Origin: the human T2T-CHM13v2.0 reference genome, Homo sapiens
DNA length: 64,000 nt
NCBI RefSeq assembly: GCF_009914755.1
Contig: NC_060946.1
Strand: one strand, 5' to 3'
A program made the position numbers and the translations under genes. This document shows, piece after piece, positions 1 to 15,385 of the stretch (the first letter of the stretch is position 1; each line of letters starts with the position of its first letter). The notes under the pieces were generated by a model that worked only from the letters and a program-made list of their open reading frames with translations, did not search any database and was not told the DNA's origin.

Positions 1-1490
1 ATCTAATATCATTGTTAGGTTTTGGTATTAGGGTTATAATACAAGTTTAATACAAGTGGAAGTGGTTCCTCCTCTTCTATTGTCAGCAGTTTGTGTAAAA
101 TTGTAGGGTTTTTTCTTAAATATTTGATAGAATTCATTAGTGAAATCATCTAAACTTTGAGTTTGCTGTTAAAAAGGTTTCTGATAATGAATTTAATAGA
201 CATAGGGCTATTCATATTTTGCTTAATCTAGTATTAGTTTTGGTAAAAGGAATTTTTCAAGGAATTTTTTCATTTCATCTTAGTTGTCAAATTTATTGGT
301 AGAAAGTTGTTCATAGTATTCTCTTATCCTTGTTATGTCCATAAGATCTGAAGCAATAAGGTTTCTTTCAGCTCTTATAGTCATAATTCATGTTCCATCT
401 CTTTCCTTAGCCAGTATCACTGAGGGTTTGGTTTATCAATTTTTTGCTCTTTCCAAAGAAGTGATTTTAGCTTTATTAATTTTTCAATATTGTTTCTCCG
501 TTTTCTCTTTCATGGATTTCTGTTCTTATCTTTATCATTTTCTTCTTTCTACTTAATTTTGGGTTTACATGCTCTTCGTTTTCTAGCTTCTTTAGGCATA
601 ATCTTATATCACTGACTTTCTACTTTCCTCTTTTTCTACTATGAACATTTAAAACTATAAATTTCCTTCTATCTATGCTTTAACTTCATATTTTGATATG
701 TCAGTTTTCTTTATCATTTATTAGAAATACATTTAAATTTCTCTTGTTTTCTTCTTTGACCTATGGATATTTTAGTAGTGTATTTAATTTCCAAGTATCT
801 GTGGTCAGAACATGTACCCTATAGTATTTTAATCATTTTAACTTCTATCAAAATGTGTTTTATAGTCTATTTGTTGACTGTACCATGAGCACTTGAAGAG
901 AATATGTATTCTTCAGTTTGGGGATATGATGTTCTATAACTATAATTAGGTCAAGGTGATTGGTGTTTTTGTATCATCTATGTTTTACTGGCTTGTATTT
1001 TTTCTAATTATTCTATAAATTTCTAATTATAGCTATTATTTATCAATACAGAGTGGTGTTAAAGTTGCCAAATACAACTGCAGAAATATCTGTTTCTTTT
1101 TAATTTTATCAAATTTTGCTTCATGTAATTTGAAACTTGGTCACTAGGTAAATATACATTTATGGCTTTTAATGTCTTCTTGGTAAATTGATTCTTTTAT
1201 CATTAAGAAATGTCCCTCTTTACCTCTGGTAATACTCTTGGTATTATTAAATATTAAATTAATATTTAATCTGACTGAAGGCACTCCAGCCACCTGTATG
1301 ATTACCGTTTACATGGTATATCGTTTTCTACCCATTTATTTTCAATCTATAGGTAAATATCAGAGATTTTGGTTCTGCTTTTTAAAAAATCCATTTAACA
1401 ATGTCCTTTAATTGTACTATTTAGTTCCTTAATATTGTACTATTTAGTTCCTTAACATTTATTGAAAGAACTAATATTTAATGAAAGTAC
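1..1490 (-). mobile_element. Old, degenerate L1M-type LINE-1 fragment
   Basis: T-rich sequence resembling reverse-strand L1 ORF2 with no intact ORF. Similar sequence resumes at about 4050-5000. Boundaries approximate. Confidence 0.6.
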
Positions 1491-1498
1491 TCAACTTT

Positions 1499-3775
<2,277 letters not shown>

Positions 3776-3892
3776 GTCTACTATCTTATTATTTTCTGTT
3801 GTGCCCTGTGGATTGTTTTTAACTCTTCTTTTTTTTTTTTTTTTTTGGAATTATTTGAATATTTTCTAGAATTCTACTTTATTTTGGCTTTT

Positions 3893-4048
3893 TATTTTTT
3901 AGAGACAGGGTCTCTCTCTGTCACCTAGGCCATAGTACAGTGATGCCATCGTAGCTCACTGTAGACTTGAACTCCTGGGCTCACGTGATCCTCCTGTCTA
4001 GCCTCCCAAGAAGCTGAGAATGCAGACGCAAGCCACTGTACTTGGCCC
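3893..4048 (-). mobile_element. Alu monomer / AluJ fragment
   Basis: agagacagggtctc...cctgggctcacgtgatcctcc motifs. Confidence 0.8.
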
Positions 4049-4587
4049 GAGATTGATACTTTCTATTGATCTATAAGTTCATTGTTTTCTTTGTCATTTC
4101 CTTTATGTTGTTAAGCCTATCCAGTGAATTTTTAATTTTAGATATTGTAATTTTCAGTTTTAGAATTTCCATTGTGTTCTTTTTTATAGTTTCTAGTTCT
4201 ACTCTGACAAAATGCCTTATATTTTTATTCATTGTGAGCATAGTTCATTGAGCATATTTATAATTGCTTTAATATTTTTGTCTGCTAATTTCAACATCTG
4301 AGTCATTCATAAATGGTATCAGTCTTTTCTCTTAAAAATGAATCACATTTTCCTGGTTCTTTAAATGTGAAATAAATTTGCAGTGTAACCTGGACATTGC
4401 AAAGGTTATGAGGTAGATTTTGTTATACTCTTCTGAAGAGTATTTTTTTTCAAAACAAGTAATTAACTTGATTGGATTCAAATGGAAAACTCAGTTTCTT
4501 GAATGGCACCTCAAATCTCAGTTTAGTTCTTGTATCTTTAGCTAGAATCTAAAGATTCTAAATGCATAGCTAAAGTCCCATGCATTT

Positions 4588-5905
4588 GTGGTTCAGGGTT
4601 CAGCCAGAGATATGGGCAGAGTTTATACACAAAATTTGAGTTTTCCACTCTCTAGGTCTTTCCATTCCAAGATATCCATGTCCCCCTCATTTTCCAGAGG
4701 CTGTGGTTGTCCTGAATGCTGTCATCTGGTTCTTCAGAACAGAATGGCTGTAGTTTACTATTGGAGCTTTAAACGCCAAATGTGGCCATTGGCCATGTTC
4801 AGACCTTAGGCTAAAAGCCATAAGAATGGTAAACACACTCTGCCATTCCTTTCTTCCATGTTTTGACACCCCTCCAGAATCTGTGTCCTTTAGGACCTTG
4901 TGTTCACAAGCTAGGACCTTCAGGCGGTTGGTATTTCCCCCACCCTGCCCCACTGCCCACCGCAGAGAGTTTTTGTTATTTATGGGAAGGTTATCCTAGA
5001 AGGAGCTTATTTCATTATACTGAAAGTAAAACCATTGTAATATGCATTGCTGCATAATATGCCATGGCATGTATCCACCACATTTTACCTGTCCACTCTA
5101 TCAGTGATGGATGCACAGCTCAGGTTGACTCCAACTTCCCATCCACACGCATAACACAGTCCAGGGCCTTTTCTACCACATGTCTCTGTAGTGAGAAGGC
5201 ATCTGGATGAAGATATTATCCCAAGCAAAAGCCACGAGGTAGGCGTGTGAACCTAGCATGTGAGGGAATGGAGAGAAGAGTAGCACAGCTGCAGGGCGGC
5301 CGAGCAACAGCTGATGTGAGGACCCATGAAGAAATTAGTCAATGAAGGTTTAACTGGGGGAGTCACAGGAGAGCTGTGTTTTAGGAGGGTTCTTGTATCT
5401 GCAGAGCATTTGTTGAAATGAACTGTAAAAAGACTGGGGACCAGGAATCTAGTTTAGTGTCCTTTTTTTAACCCCATATTTGATGGGATATGAAATAGGA
5501 TAAGCATGGCAGACAGGGTAGGGGATGGATATGAAAGAAGTGACATGTGCTTATTAACTTTCCTATGGATGAGGGAAAAGTGAAATACTGATGGTCATGT
5601 TATATTTAGTTTGCAAGGCTGCTCCTCAAGAACTGAAGATGAAGGAATAGAAAGAATGCACTAGAACTCCATGTCTGTGGGTTTGCTGTCTTGGGAGTCT
5701 GGTGGTATCACTGACACACAAATCAGAGGGAAAAGGATGACTTCAGGTTTGGATGAAGTCTCCAAATAACCCTCTGGGCCTCCCTACTTCAAACCTCTCT
5801 GATTCTGTGTTTCCAAGTGTGGTTTTATGACTCCCTTCTAGAAAGTGGAAAACTCAAATTTTGTGTATAAACTCTGTCCATATCTCTGGCTGACCCCTGA
5901 ACCAC
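4588..5905. repeat. 68-bp inverted repeat (arms 4588-4655 and 5838-5905)
   Basis: 65/68 identity by eye. The ORF track shows the same peptide VQGSARDM(G/D)RVYTQNLSFPLSR on opposite strands. Confidence 0.93.
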
Positions 5906-7539
5906 TGGACAGAAGAGCGCGGAAAACTCAAATGGGGATAATAATACCTGCTTTTGTTTATTTTCTATATAATAAAGGTAAAGTGAGATAATGGAATAAA
6001 AATATTTTACTCCATAAAATATCATATATAATAATATTTTATTGTTAGATAGACCCAATTATACCCCTCCCCCAAATAACATCATACTTTCAGCATCAGC
6101 TCTACATTCAGAACTAAGAAGGCAAAGCAGTTTTACCGTATTTATTGCCAAACACTATTGCTGCCCTCAAGAAGCAAGGAGACAGACATATCAAATGAGT
6201 GAGACTATCTTGGAAAAGGTATCCAGTAAACTATAACGCTGGCAACTCCAGGGAGGAAAATTAGGTGGTGAGAAAAAGAGATGGGAGGGAGACTGTTCAG
6301 CATTTTTTTCTTTTGAAGCTTTGAATTTCGTACCATGTGCAAGTATCACTTATTCAAAAACTAAAAAATGCAAATAGTTAATGAGTATATGCACATTAGA
6401 GAGCTATCAGTGTACTGATGCATCATTTTGATACATTATACATAGGAATGCATGGCTTTCCCTATAGCATCCAGAAACCAATAATGCCACTGGTATTCCA
6501 CCCAGGCCACACCCCTTGCATAGCGGCTTGGCAGCAGCTGCAAAACCTCATTGGGTCAGCCAGGACAGACTCTTACCATGCTAGGGTATTTCCTTTCAGT
6601 GATTATGGACACACGTTCTCTTCCCACAGTGGTATATGTAAGGATAATTATACTTCCCACCAACATGAGATTCTTCCAAAGAAGGAAGTGAAAATCCATG
6701 GATACTAAAGAAAGTATGGGTTACTCTGCCACAGTTCACAGTCTACATACTTAGTCCTCAATTCTTCTTTCTCCACTGACTTAGCGTATGCTTCGAGGTC
6801 ACTGATAATCTTTAACCTAAGTGAGCTGACATTCTTTCCAGACTGCTGTGCCATAACATTCTTCTTCTTCATAAAATGGTCGGGCCAACAAGAGTTAGGC
6901 ATGCTAACTGTGATCATTTTTCATTTAAGAAAACACCCTATAAGGCCAAAATAATTTAAGAAAACATGTTTTCTATGGTTAAACTGAGGGCCAGTGAGCT
7001 CCTTTGACAGCTCTGCTGCTGCAATACTTAACACAGCTAAAGTGTCACAGCCTCAGGTGCCCTTCAGAAAAAGGAGATAATTTGTTTTCTTTTTTACTTA
7101 TTTTGAATGATAGCATGACAAAATTATTCAACTTTAATTCTAATAGAAAATGGAGTAAAAAAAGAAAGAGTTCTACACCATTTCAGACCGTAAGCTTCCA
7201 ATGAGTTAGGCTCTGTCCATGTGAGAAAGGTTTAGAGAAGGGATTTTGGCTTGGACTGTGCACAGCTAAAACCTTGTCTCCCTGAACATTTATTCCAGTT
7301 AGGTAATTTTCTGCCAACACAATCAAAGACATTACTAGGAAATGTACATATTTCATACTTGATTTATTCTTATAGCATTTGCTGGACCAAACCAAAATAT
7401 TAATTTTCTAGTTTTCTCTACAACCAGAAAGTGAGTCTTCCCCCTTGTACGCACAATATTTCTTGCTTAAAGGCAGATACTCAACAAGACTTTTAACTGT
7501 TGGCCAGGGTTTTTTATTAAGACAGAGATATCTCTATTT

Positions 7540-7687
7540 TTTTTTCCAGCCTTACTGAGGCATAATTAACAAATAAAAATTGTATATATTCAAAGTGTAT
7601 GTAATACTTTGATATATGTATATACTGTAAAATGATTATGATTACCACACTCAAGTTAATTAACACATTAATTACCTTACCTAGTTA

Positions 7688-7725
<38 letters not shown>

Positions 7726-8000
7726 TGTGTGTGTGCGCGCGCGCGCATGCATGTGTAGGACACTTAAGATCTACTGCACTGGCAAATTTCAAGCGTACGA
7801 TACAGTGTTAACTATAGTCACCATGCTGGACATTAGATCTCTAGACTCACTCATCCTACATAACTGAAAGTCTATATCCTTTCACTGACTACTACTCATT
7901 TCCCCCACCCCCAAACCTCTGGTCACCACCATTCTACTCTCTTCTTCTATGACTTAGATTTTTATAGTCTACATATGAGCTCATACAGTATTGGTCTGTC
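7540..8000 (-). mobile_element. L1MA/L1MB-type 3' end fragment
   Basis: Typical 3'UTR motifs (aaaattgtatatattcaaag, atagtcaccatgctg, accaccattctactct). Boundaries approximate. Confidence 0.7.
7690..7756. repeat. (TG)n(CG)n alternating purine-pyrimidine microsatellite
   Basis: About 22 TG units followed by gcgcgcgcgcgcatgcatgtgt. Confidence 0.95.
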
Positions 8001-11000
8001 CAGCAGGTTTTAAAAATGGTTCTTTATTTTCCCCTTAAAATAACAGACCTTGTGGAATATTTAACCAAAAAGACCAAGACAGAACAGGCAAAATGATCTT
8101 GAGGTGTCTCACTGGACAACTTGGGACCATGGGGTCTTTCTCAAATGCAAACCTGCCTATTCCACACTTCTGGCCCTGGCTGCAGGGTGGGTCCCCCTAA
8201 CCCTCTTCATGGCCTCCTGGGGTCTGTCGCCAGGCACCTCTCCAGCCTGTTTCCAGTGGTGTGCTTGATATTCTTCCCTGCATCTCCCTAAGTGTGGCAC
8301 TGCACCCCCTACCTTGCTTGTACTGCTCCTTCACCTGTGTTTGGCAGGGCAAAAACCCACTGCACTTCCCGCGTAGATCAAGCAGCCCTTTCTCCAGGAA
8401 GCCTCTCCTGACTGAGCCCTCCCTAAAGTACCAGTAGCCCCTTCCACCTCTGTGTGCCTGTGGGAACCCAAATCCTCCTTCCACTTTTCTCATAATAACC
8501 AACAGTGGCAGCAGCTACATTAGACTTCTTACATGCCCAGCTCTATCCTCCTGCTTTTCAGGTATTATGTGTATTGTTACAAAAGTTCCATGAGATTAAA
8601 TTGCTTGCTAAAGGTCATGTAGCTAGTAAGTGGCAGAGTCAGGATTGGGCATATTTGTTTATTCTTTTTCTCTCCTATTAAAGTGAGAACTTCTTATAGC
8701 AGGAAACATATTGGCTTCATCTCTGTAGCCCCAATACTCAGCAGAGGCCCAGGCATGTAGTATGCGTCTGACAAACGTTTCCTGAATGAATGAATATTTC
8801 AATAATTAGGTTTCTTGCAAGTTAGACTGATTGCAATATCTCTTATAACATGAAATACTGAAAATCCCAATGATAAGAAAATAAAAGATTTGGAAAACTG
8901 GGGGGCAAGCAAACTTGGTGCCCATCATAAGACGAACACTAGATGTTTGTGAAGCTTATGCTTGTGTTTCTAAGTGTCTCTACTCGTGACATCTACAAAC
9001 CTACGAGCTCCTCAAGGAAAGGAACTGTGTTTTTGCTCTGAATCCTTGGGACTCATCACAGCCACTGGCACAACAGAGATATTCACCAAATAGTTGCTAA
9101 GTGAATAAATGGGTTAAAAATGAATGAATACTAGACTTCAAATTCTATTTGGGTACAAGGCTAACTTACTTGGAAGAACGCTTTTAAAATTGTCTGTTAT
9201 ACTTTCATTATAGACACTTCACAGCTGTTCTTTTAAGCAGAGTTATATCACACTAAGTGATATTTTATTTATCTCCTCTTTGCTACCTGCTTCTTAGCCC
9301 ATTTTGATTTAGGCAGCTTCAGATTTATCCTGGAATCTACGTGCCTAAGCTATGTAAAAGTTGAGTAGACCAGTTTATTCATATACTATTAACTTAAACT
9401 TAGCTCATCTCTAATTTAGTGTTACAGCAGCAAATAATTCAGAACTTCATTATTGCAGGCCAAATTCCATTTCTATAAATACTGTTATACACCCCAGGCA
9501 ACACCCACACGTCTCAAACATAGGAAAAACTCCATTACAATTAAAGACTTTTCATGAGCCTTGACAGAGCTCTAATAAGAGCTTATCCACAGTAAATGCT
9601 CGCCCCTTAAGAGAGATAAAAGGCTTGGTGGAAAAAGCGGTAAATTGGCACTTGGAGACCTGGGTTCAAGTTCTGACTCTGTCATTTTAGCTGTGTGACC
9701 TAGGATAAATCAGTCAGTCTTCTGAGACTCAATTTTCTTGTTTCAAAAAGAGGGGTCATAGTTGTCCTGCCTCTCTCAAAGGACTACCGTAAGAATTAAA
9801 CTAGGTACTATGTGCAAAAACGCCTGGTAGGTGTTAAAGCACCACTGTGTAACAGGTGATATTTTTATTGTTAGAGCTGATACTTCATTCCATTCTGGGC
9901 TCCCACAACTTAATCTCTTTTTTCCCTGTTTTTTAGTCTCAGCGGGCAAGGAGTTTATATTCCGAGGTCTCTATTTCTTTAAAATTGCATTTCTCTTTCA
10001 AACGAAGTCAAATATGCAACAGATCCAAGTCTGTTTCAAGGTTGAGCTAAAATCACCAAAGCAATTACTTAGGGGGAGTTCAGGGAATTGTATGTAAGAT
10101 TAAACGATCACTTTAATGTTTGAATAGAAAAATAGGTAAATTCTCAAGGACTGCTTAATTATTTCTTTCATGATGTGGCTTGATATGAACTATTTTTATT
10201 TCAAGAACTGTCCAGGGTAATGAAGGATTTATTTTTTGGAAATATTCTCCAAGCCAAAGGACTTCTATTTCTCAACGAGAAATCATTTCCCTTGCTCTCA
10301 AATTCACTACAGTAAGATTATTTAAATGATACGTCAGATTGCACTGTGACAGAAGATTTCTCTATTTTTTCATCTCACATATATTTCTAAGTTTTTCTCT
10401 TCCCTGTTGTACTGCTGATGTCAGTGGGACTGGGGAATACCCAGTACTCAGAGACCAAAAGGAAGTTTCCAGAAGAGGAGGACAAAAGTCTACCAAAACC
10501 TCCAAAAAGACAGCAAAAGTCTGGAAAGGCAGTGAGTGAGTCATTTTCTTTTGATCTTTTTCTCTTCCTCAAATAAAATCATTTGAAAGCAATTTCAGAG
10601 CCCCAGGAGGCATGTTGGCACTCTGTTTTTCAGAAGTCTTTTTTAAGGCCGACGTTTGTATTCTAGTTCCATCATTTAATTAAACATGAATCCTTGGACA
10701 ATTCACTGAAGAGTTCTGAGCTTTGACTTTGTGCTATGTAAAACAGAGACTACAATCAGCACCTTGGAGGATGTTGCAAACATCTCGTGAGTTCATACAC
10801 CTATGTCTGACACATGGAAAGTGCCCAAAGAGGTCATTTCTCTCTTCTTTGTCCAAAAAGAAGCAAGCTGAGAGGCTCTAATAGGAAGTGAGAGCTAAAA
10901 TGTGAGAATTAACTTGGCATCACAGAGCACTCAGCAAAGCATCTTATATATCTTGGCTTATTAATATTATTCATTAGCATAAGATAAAATAAAAATTGTA

Positions 11001-11336
11001 TCTATCTACTGAGAAATTCTGTCTGCCACGGAAAACCAAAATGACAAGTATTATATAGAATCTGGATTCTCTTGCCTGTTTGACTCATTTTCAAAGACAA
11101 GTTAGACAAGTAGCTTTTTTTCTCCTTGAAACTTTCATCCAACTATTAATTATCTATCCCTTTTCAACCTAACCACTTCTAACATTCAAAAACACCACAT
11201 TCCAAAGTCCTTACTATAAGCTCCACGGAGTTTGTATTTCTAGGATTTAAAGCACAACACTGAACCAAAGTACGAAGAAGCAGACAAGGAGAAAAATACA
11301 ATAAAGTATTAGCCTACACTAAATTGAAAGGTTGTA

Positions 11337-11340
<4 letters not shown>

Positions 11341-11378
<38 letters not shown>
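11341..11378. repeat. (CA)n microsatellite
   Basis: About 19 perfect CA units. Confidence 0.97.
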
Positions 11379-11380
<2 letters not shown>

Positions 11381-11909
11381 TGCCCCTTGTTCTTTTCCAT
11401 TGTACTCTGGTATTAACCCAGGTTGCTCATTCTGTGTCCTCCTTTGGAAATAAATTTTTTGCCTGTATATAGTCAGACCCATTCTAGCAATGATCAGAAA
11501 ACGTCTAAGCTTCAGCTTTAACATAATTATAAATAAACAGTGCTTATATGGGGAAAAAAGGTAGAACTACTTCATGTAATCATTCAATGAATATTCCCTG
11601 AGGCCCAGCTACATTCCAGGTTCTGTACTGATGTAAACTGAACAGATCAATCTCTGCCCTCAATGGGCCTCCAGTCCAGTGGGAGAGTGAGAAATTACAA
11701 AGTTAACCTCCACACAATAAATACTACTGTGATTAGGGACAGCCAAAAAAGGAAAGACACAAGGTGCTGAGATAGACAAAAACAGTAGAAACCCAAAAAA
11801 GTAAGACTACTCAAGCCTAACAAATAGATTTTTTTTGAAAACAACCCCAAAGAAATTTCTGTAGAGAACAGGGATGTGGTATCCAAAACATCATTAAAAG
11901 GCAAGTCTA

Positions 11910-12053
11910 GGCTGGGTGCAGTGATCCACTCCTGTAATCTCAGCACTTTGGGAGGACAAGATGGGTGGATCACCTGAGCTCAGGAGTTTGAGACCAGCCT
12001 GGGGAACATGGTGAAACTCCACCTCTACAAAAATTACAAAAATTAGTTGGGCA
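11910..12053 (+). mobile_element. Alu left monomer, right arm missing
   Basis: Runs ggctgggtgcagtg...aaaaattagttgggc. Flanking direct repeat aggcaagtcta at 11899-11909 and 12079-12089. Confidence 0.85.
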
Positions 12054-12622
12054 AAAGAGGTGGTCTGGTGGTAAAAAGAGGCAAGTCTAAAAGAGATAAT
12101 TTAAAGTGGATAATATCTAAAGGAAAGAAAATCAATGTTGTGTGTCATTCAGTCTTTCCATTTCATCTTCATCAAGAAAAGCTGTGTCTAACCTTGAGGT
12201 GATAATCAATATATGTGACACAGTTTCAACGTATTAAGCCTAAATTAATAAATATACATACTAACTTACAGTATAATTTTCAAGCTATCCCACAGCTATA
12301 TTCTTTCGAGAGCACAGTATGTCAACCCAACTTTGGGCTTTAGCTGCAAGCATCCATTGCTACTCGATTCAACTATGAGACAGGAGGTGAGGGAGCAGCA
12401 AAAGAACTAAAGCCTCTATGAGTAACACACTTGAGGAGGCCCTGGTGTCAGGGCATGGGAGGAGAATGAGTGCTGGACATCTGGGGGCCAAATCCAAGGG
12501 TGGGAAAGGTAGTCAGTCCTTTCTAAAAGCAGGAATCATCTAGTAAGGCCACCAGAAAATGATGTGTTATCTCCTGACATCTCTAACTGGCAAGAGGCAC
12601 ACACAAAAATTAAGAAAAACAC

Positions 12623-13173
12623 CCAGCCATCCCATTACTGGGTATATACCCAAATGACTATAAATCATGCTGCTATAAAGACACATGCACACGTATGTTT
12701 ATTGCGGCATTATTCACAATAGCAAAGACTTGGAACCAACCCAAATGTCCAACAATGATAGACTGGATTAAGAAAACGTGGCACATATACACCATGGAAT
12801 ACTATGCAGCCATAAAAAATGATGAGTTCATGTCCTTTGTAGGGACATGGATGAAATTGGAAATCATCATTCTCAGTAAACTATCGCAAGAACAAAAAAC
12901 CAAACACCGCATATTCTCACTCATAGGTGGGACTTGAACAATGAGATCACATGGACACATGAAGGGGAATATCACACTCTGGGGACTGTGGTGGGGTGGG
13001 GGGGAGCGGGGAGGGATAGCATTGGGAGATATACCTAAGGCTAGATGACGAGTTAGTGGGTGCAGCGCACCAGCATGGCACATGTATACATATGTAACTA
13101 ACCTGCACAATGTGCACATGTACCCTAAAACTTAAAGTATAATAAAAAAAAAAAAAGGAAAAAAAAAAAAAAA
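12623..13173 (+). mobile_element. Young 5'-truncated L1 (L1PA2-like 3' end)
   Basis: ORF2 C-terminus [11 protein letters not shown]..., 3'UTR gctagatgacGAGttag (not the Ta ACA or pre-Ta ACG diagnostic), long poly(A), TSD aagaaaaacac at 12612-12622 and 13174-13184. Confidence 0.92.
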
Positions 13174-15029
13174 AAGAAAAACACAAGTTTACGATGACAA
13201 CTTCGTCTCCACCAGCCAGCATATTTTTGGAAGTGACAGATCCTTAAATCAATTCTGTCTCTCCCTGCTTATTAGCAGGAACTCCTCACCGCATTAGCAT
13301 AAGCCTATCAAAAGCTAGGAAAGAACATCTCATTACTTGTGAAGCCTTAACGAGTCTTAATGTGTTACTAGGAATCGGAAGAGTTTCATAAGCTGGCTTT
13401 GGGGTCAAGTTTTGAGATGTGGATGTTAGCTCAAGGTCTGTCATTAACTACCTGATCTGGATTAAGTCTACCTCTTTGATCGTCCCAGATGATACTATAT
13501 GTTCATGGCACTTCACAGGAGTGGAAGTGGATAGGAAAAGGCTAGAGAAATGTAAGAAATAACTATGAAATGCATGTTATCACTGAGTCATGCTTTGTCA
13601 TGTAGATGATTACAGGCTAACCACACATTAATGATGCTATGTTGACCGTGTGTGCCAGAGAAGGTGTGGTTTATTCTACCAGCCCCCAGTAGTTTGTTCT
13701 CTCACACCCTTGCTCATCCACTCATCCAGTAAACATTCATGGAGGCCTCTTGTGTACTAGGCATGGTCAGGAGCTTGAAATGCAGACATAAGGCATGATC
13801 ACTGCTAAGTCGTCATCTGGCCTGCAGGGACATTCATCAATGGGACTAAGTTCAATTGTCCATCTGTATTATTGAACTAGTTAACCAACAAGTATCCATT
13901 AGGGTGCTATGTATTGTGTACCCAGACTCTTCTAAATCCTGGTCAGGAGGCAGAGAAAGTGGGCAAACATGGGTGGGTCAGCTCCACAGCAGGTATCCTC
14001 CACTTCAACCAGTTTGGCCCCCATTTTTGGCTCTTACCCCCCTGTGTAAGCAATTCCTGCCTTCAATGCATACTGAAGACATCTAGGAAAAAATGATGCC
14101 CCAGCGAATATAACTCCAGGGGATCCCATGCTATCAGAAGAAGAAAGTAATTGCAAGCTTACTAGAATGTGCATGGTGCAGAGGTAGCAGGGGGAAGCCG
14201 GCTCCTGTTGGAACAGAGGGTTTACACCAGGAGATAGAGTGGGACACACAATGGGGCCTCATAGCCAACTTCATCTCCAGGCACTCCTCCATCACTGTCC
14301 TTCTCTGGGGCTGATGTGTGCAGGAGTGCTTGGATGACAGTGACCTCTTAGAAAATGCCTTAAGTAGCAGAAAGCCAGAAGCACTGATGGAGGAGAAGAT
14401 AGAAGGCAGGTGGCCAGGCTAGTTCTGTGGGCATGTTATCATAAGAGCCCAGCCTGGCATGGGAGAAAAGAAGGGGTGATTCTAGAAGCAAATGGGTAAT
14501 ATCAAACAGAGGTTAGTGACTGATTAAATCAACAGCAACAAATGAAAGGGAGATTTAAGGACAAATGATTCAAAAGCCTCAAAACTAAGGAAGTTGAGAG
14601 AGAAAGATGGAGGCTTTCAAATAAATGGGAATAAATACACACCTGATTGAGGAACTGCATGAGAAAAGGTCTGATTTTGGATAGGCTGAGTTTGAGGTGA
14701 ATTCCAAGGGAAAGTCAAGCTTAGAAATCAAGGGAGACACTGAGCCAGGGACATATATCTGTGTCCTTGGGATAGATCAAATTTCTAAAGGAATGTCCAT
14801 TAACCAAGAGTGCCCATAGTTTTGGAGCAAAAGGAAGATGAGAAGCCACAGAAGAAGATGGAGGAGTGCTTGCAGATGCTCACCCACACAGAGGTGTGTG
14901 CTATGTTAAGGGAAGAAAGATATAAGCAAAAAAATGGTCAGCCATCAGATGCTGAAGGAAACAAGGAGCGTAAAGCCTGAGAGAAGATGATGCTTCTTTC
15001 TCCAGGTCTCCGCAGACAGTGGGTATGAG

Positions 15030-15385
15030 TGGGAAACTGGATCATTGTTCAGCACACATCCACTCCTGTGGGAGGAATATATTCTTTGCCCTACTGATGT
15101 TGGGCTTGATACGAGATTTGCTTTAGCCAATGAAATGTGAATGGTCAAGAGGTAAGCAGAGGCTTGAAATGTGTCTCTTTATTTTGCTTTGTCTCTTGCA
15201 ATCTTAACTTTTACCATCTCGACTTGTGGACACAGAAGGAGCTGACTTAAGCTTAACGGGCAGTATAAAAAACAGAACCACCCCAGTTTACCCACAGACC
15301 CAGAACAAGAAATAAATGCTTGTGGTTAAATGTCTCTGAAACTCTGGGATGCTACATGGCATTATTGGAGGAAAACCTGGACAGT
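15030..15385 (+). mobile_element. MLT1-family (MaLR) LTR fragment
   Basis: ttgctttagccaatgaaatgtga, agcagaggcttgaaatgtg and aagaaataaatgcttgtggtt motifs. Boundaries approximate. Confidence 0.6.

Noticed and set aside
1411-1455. 23-bp tandem duplication attgtactatttagttccttaa (a similar small duplication lies at about 52950-52990)
   Set aside because: Ordinary slippage micro-duplications with no sign of function.
6042-6708. Short plus-strand ORFs (64 aa and 96 aa) as further exons of an antisense gene
   Set aside because: The splice sites are weak, part of the region overlaps an L1ME-like 3' remnant, and I found no consistent frame linking them to 9937-10531.
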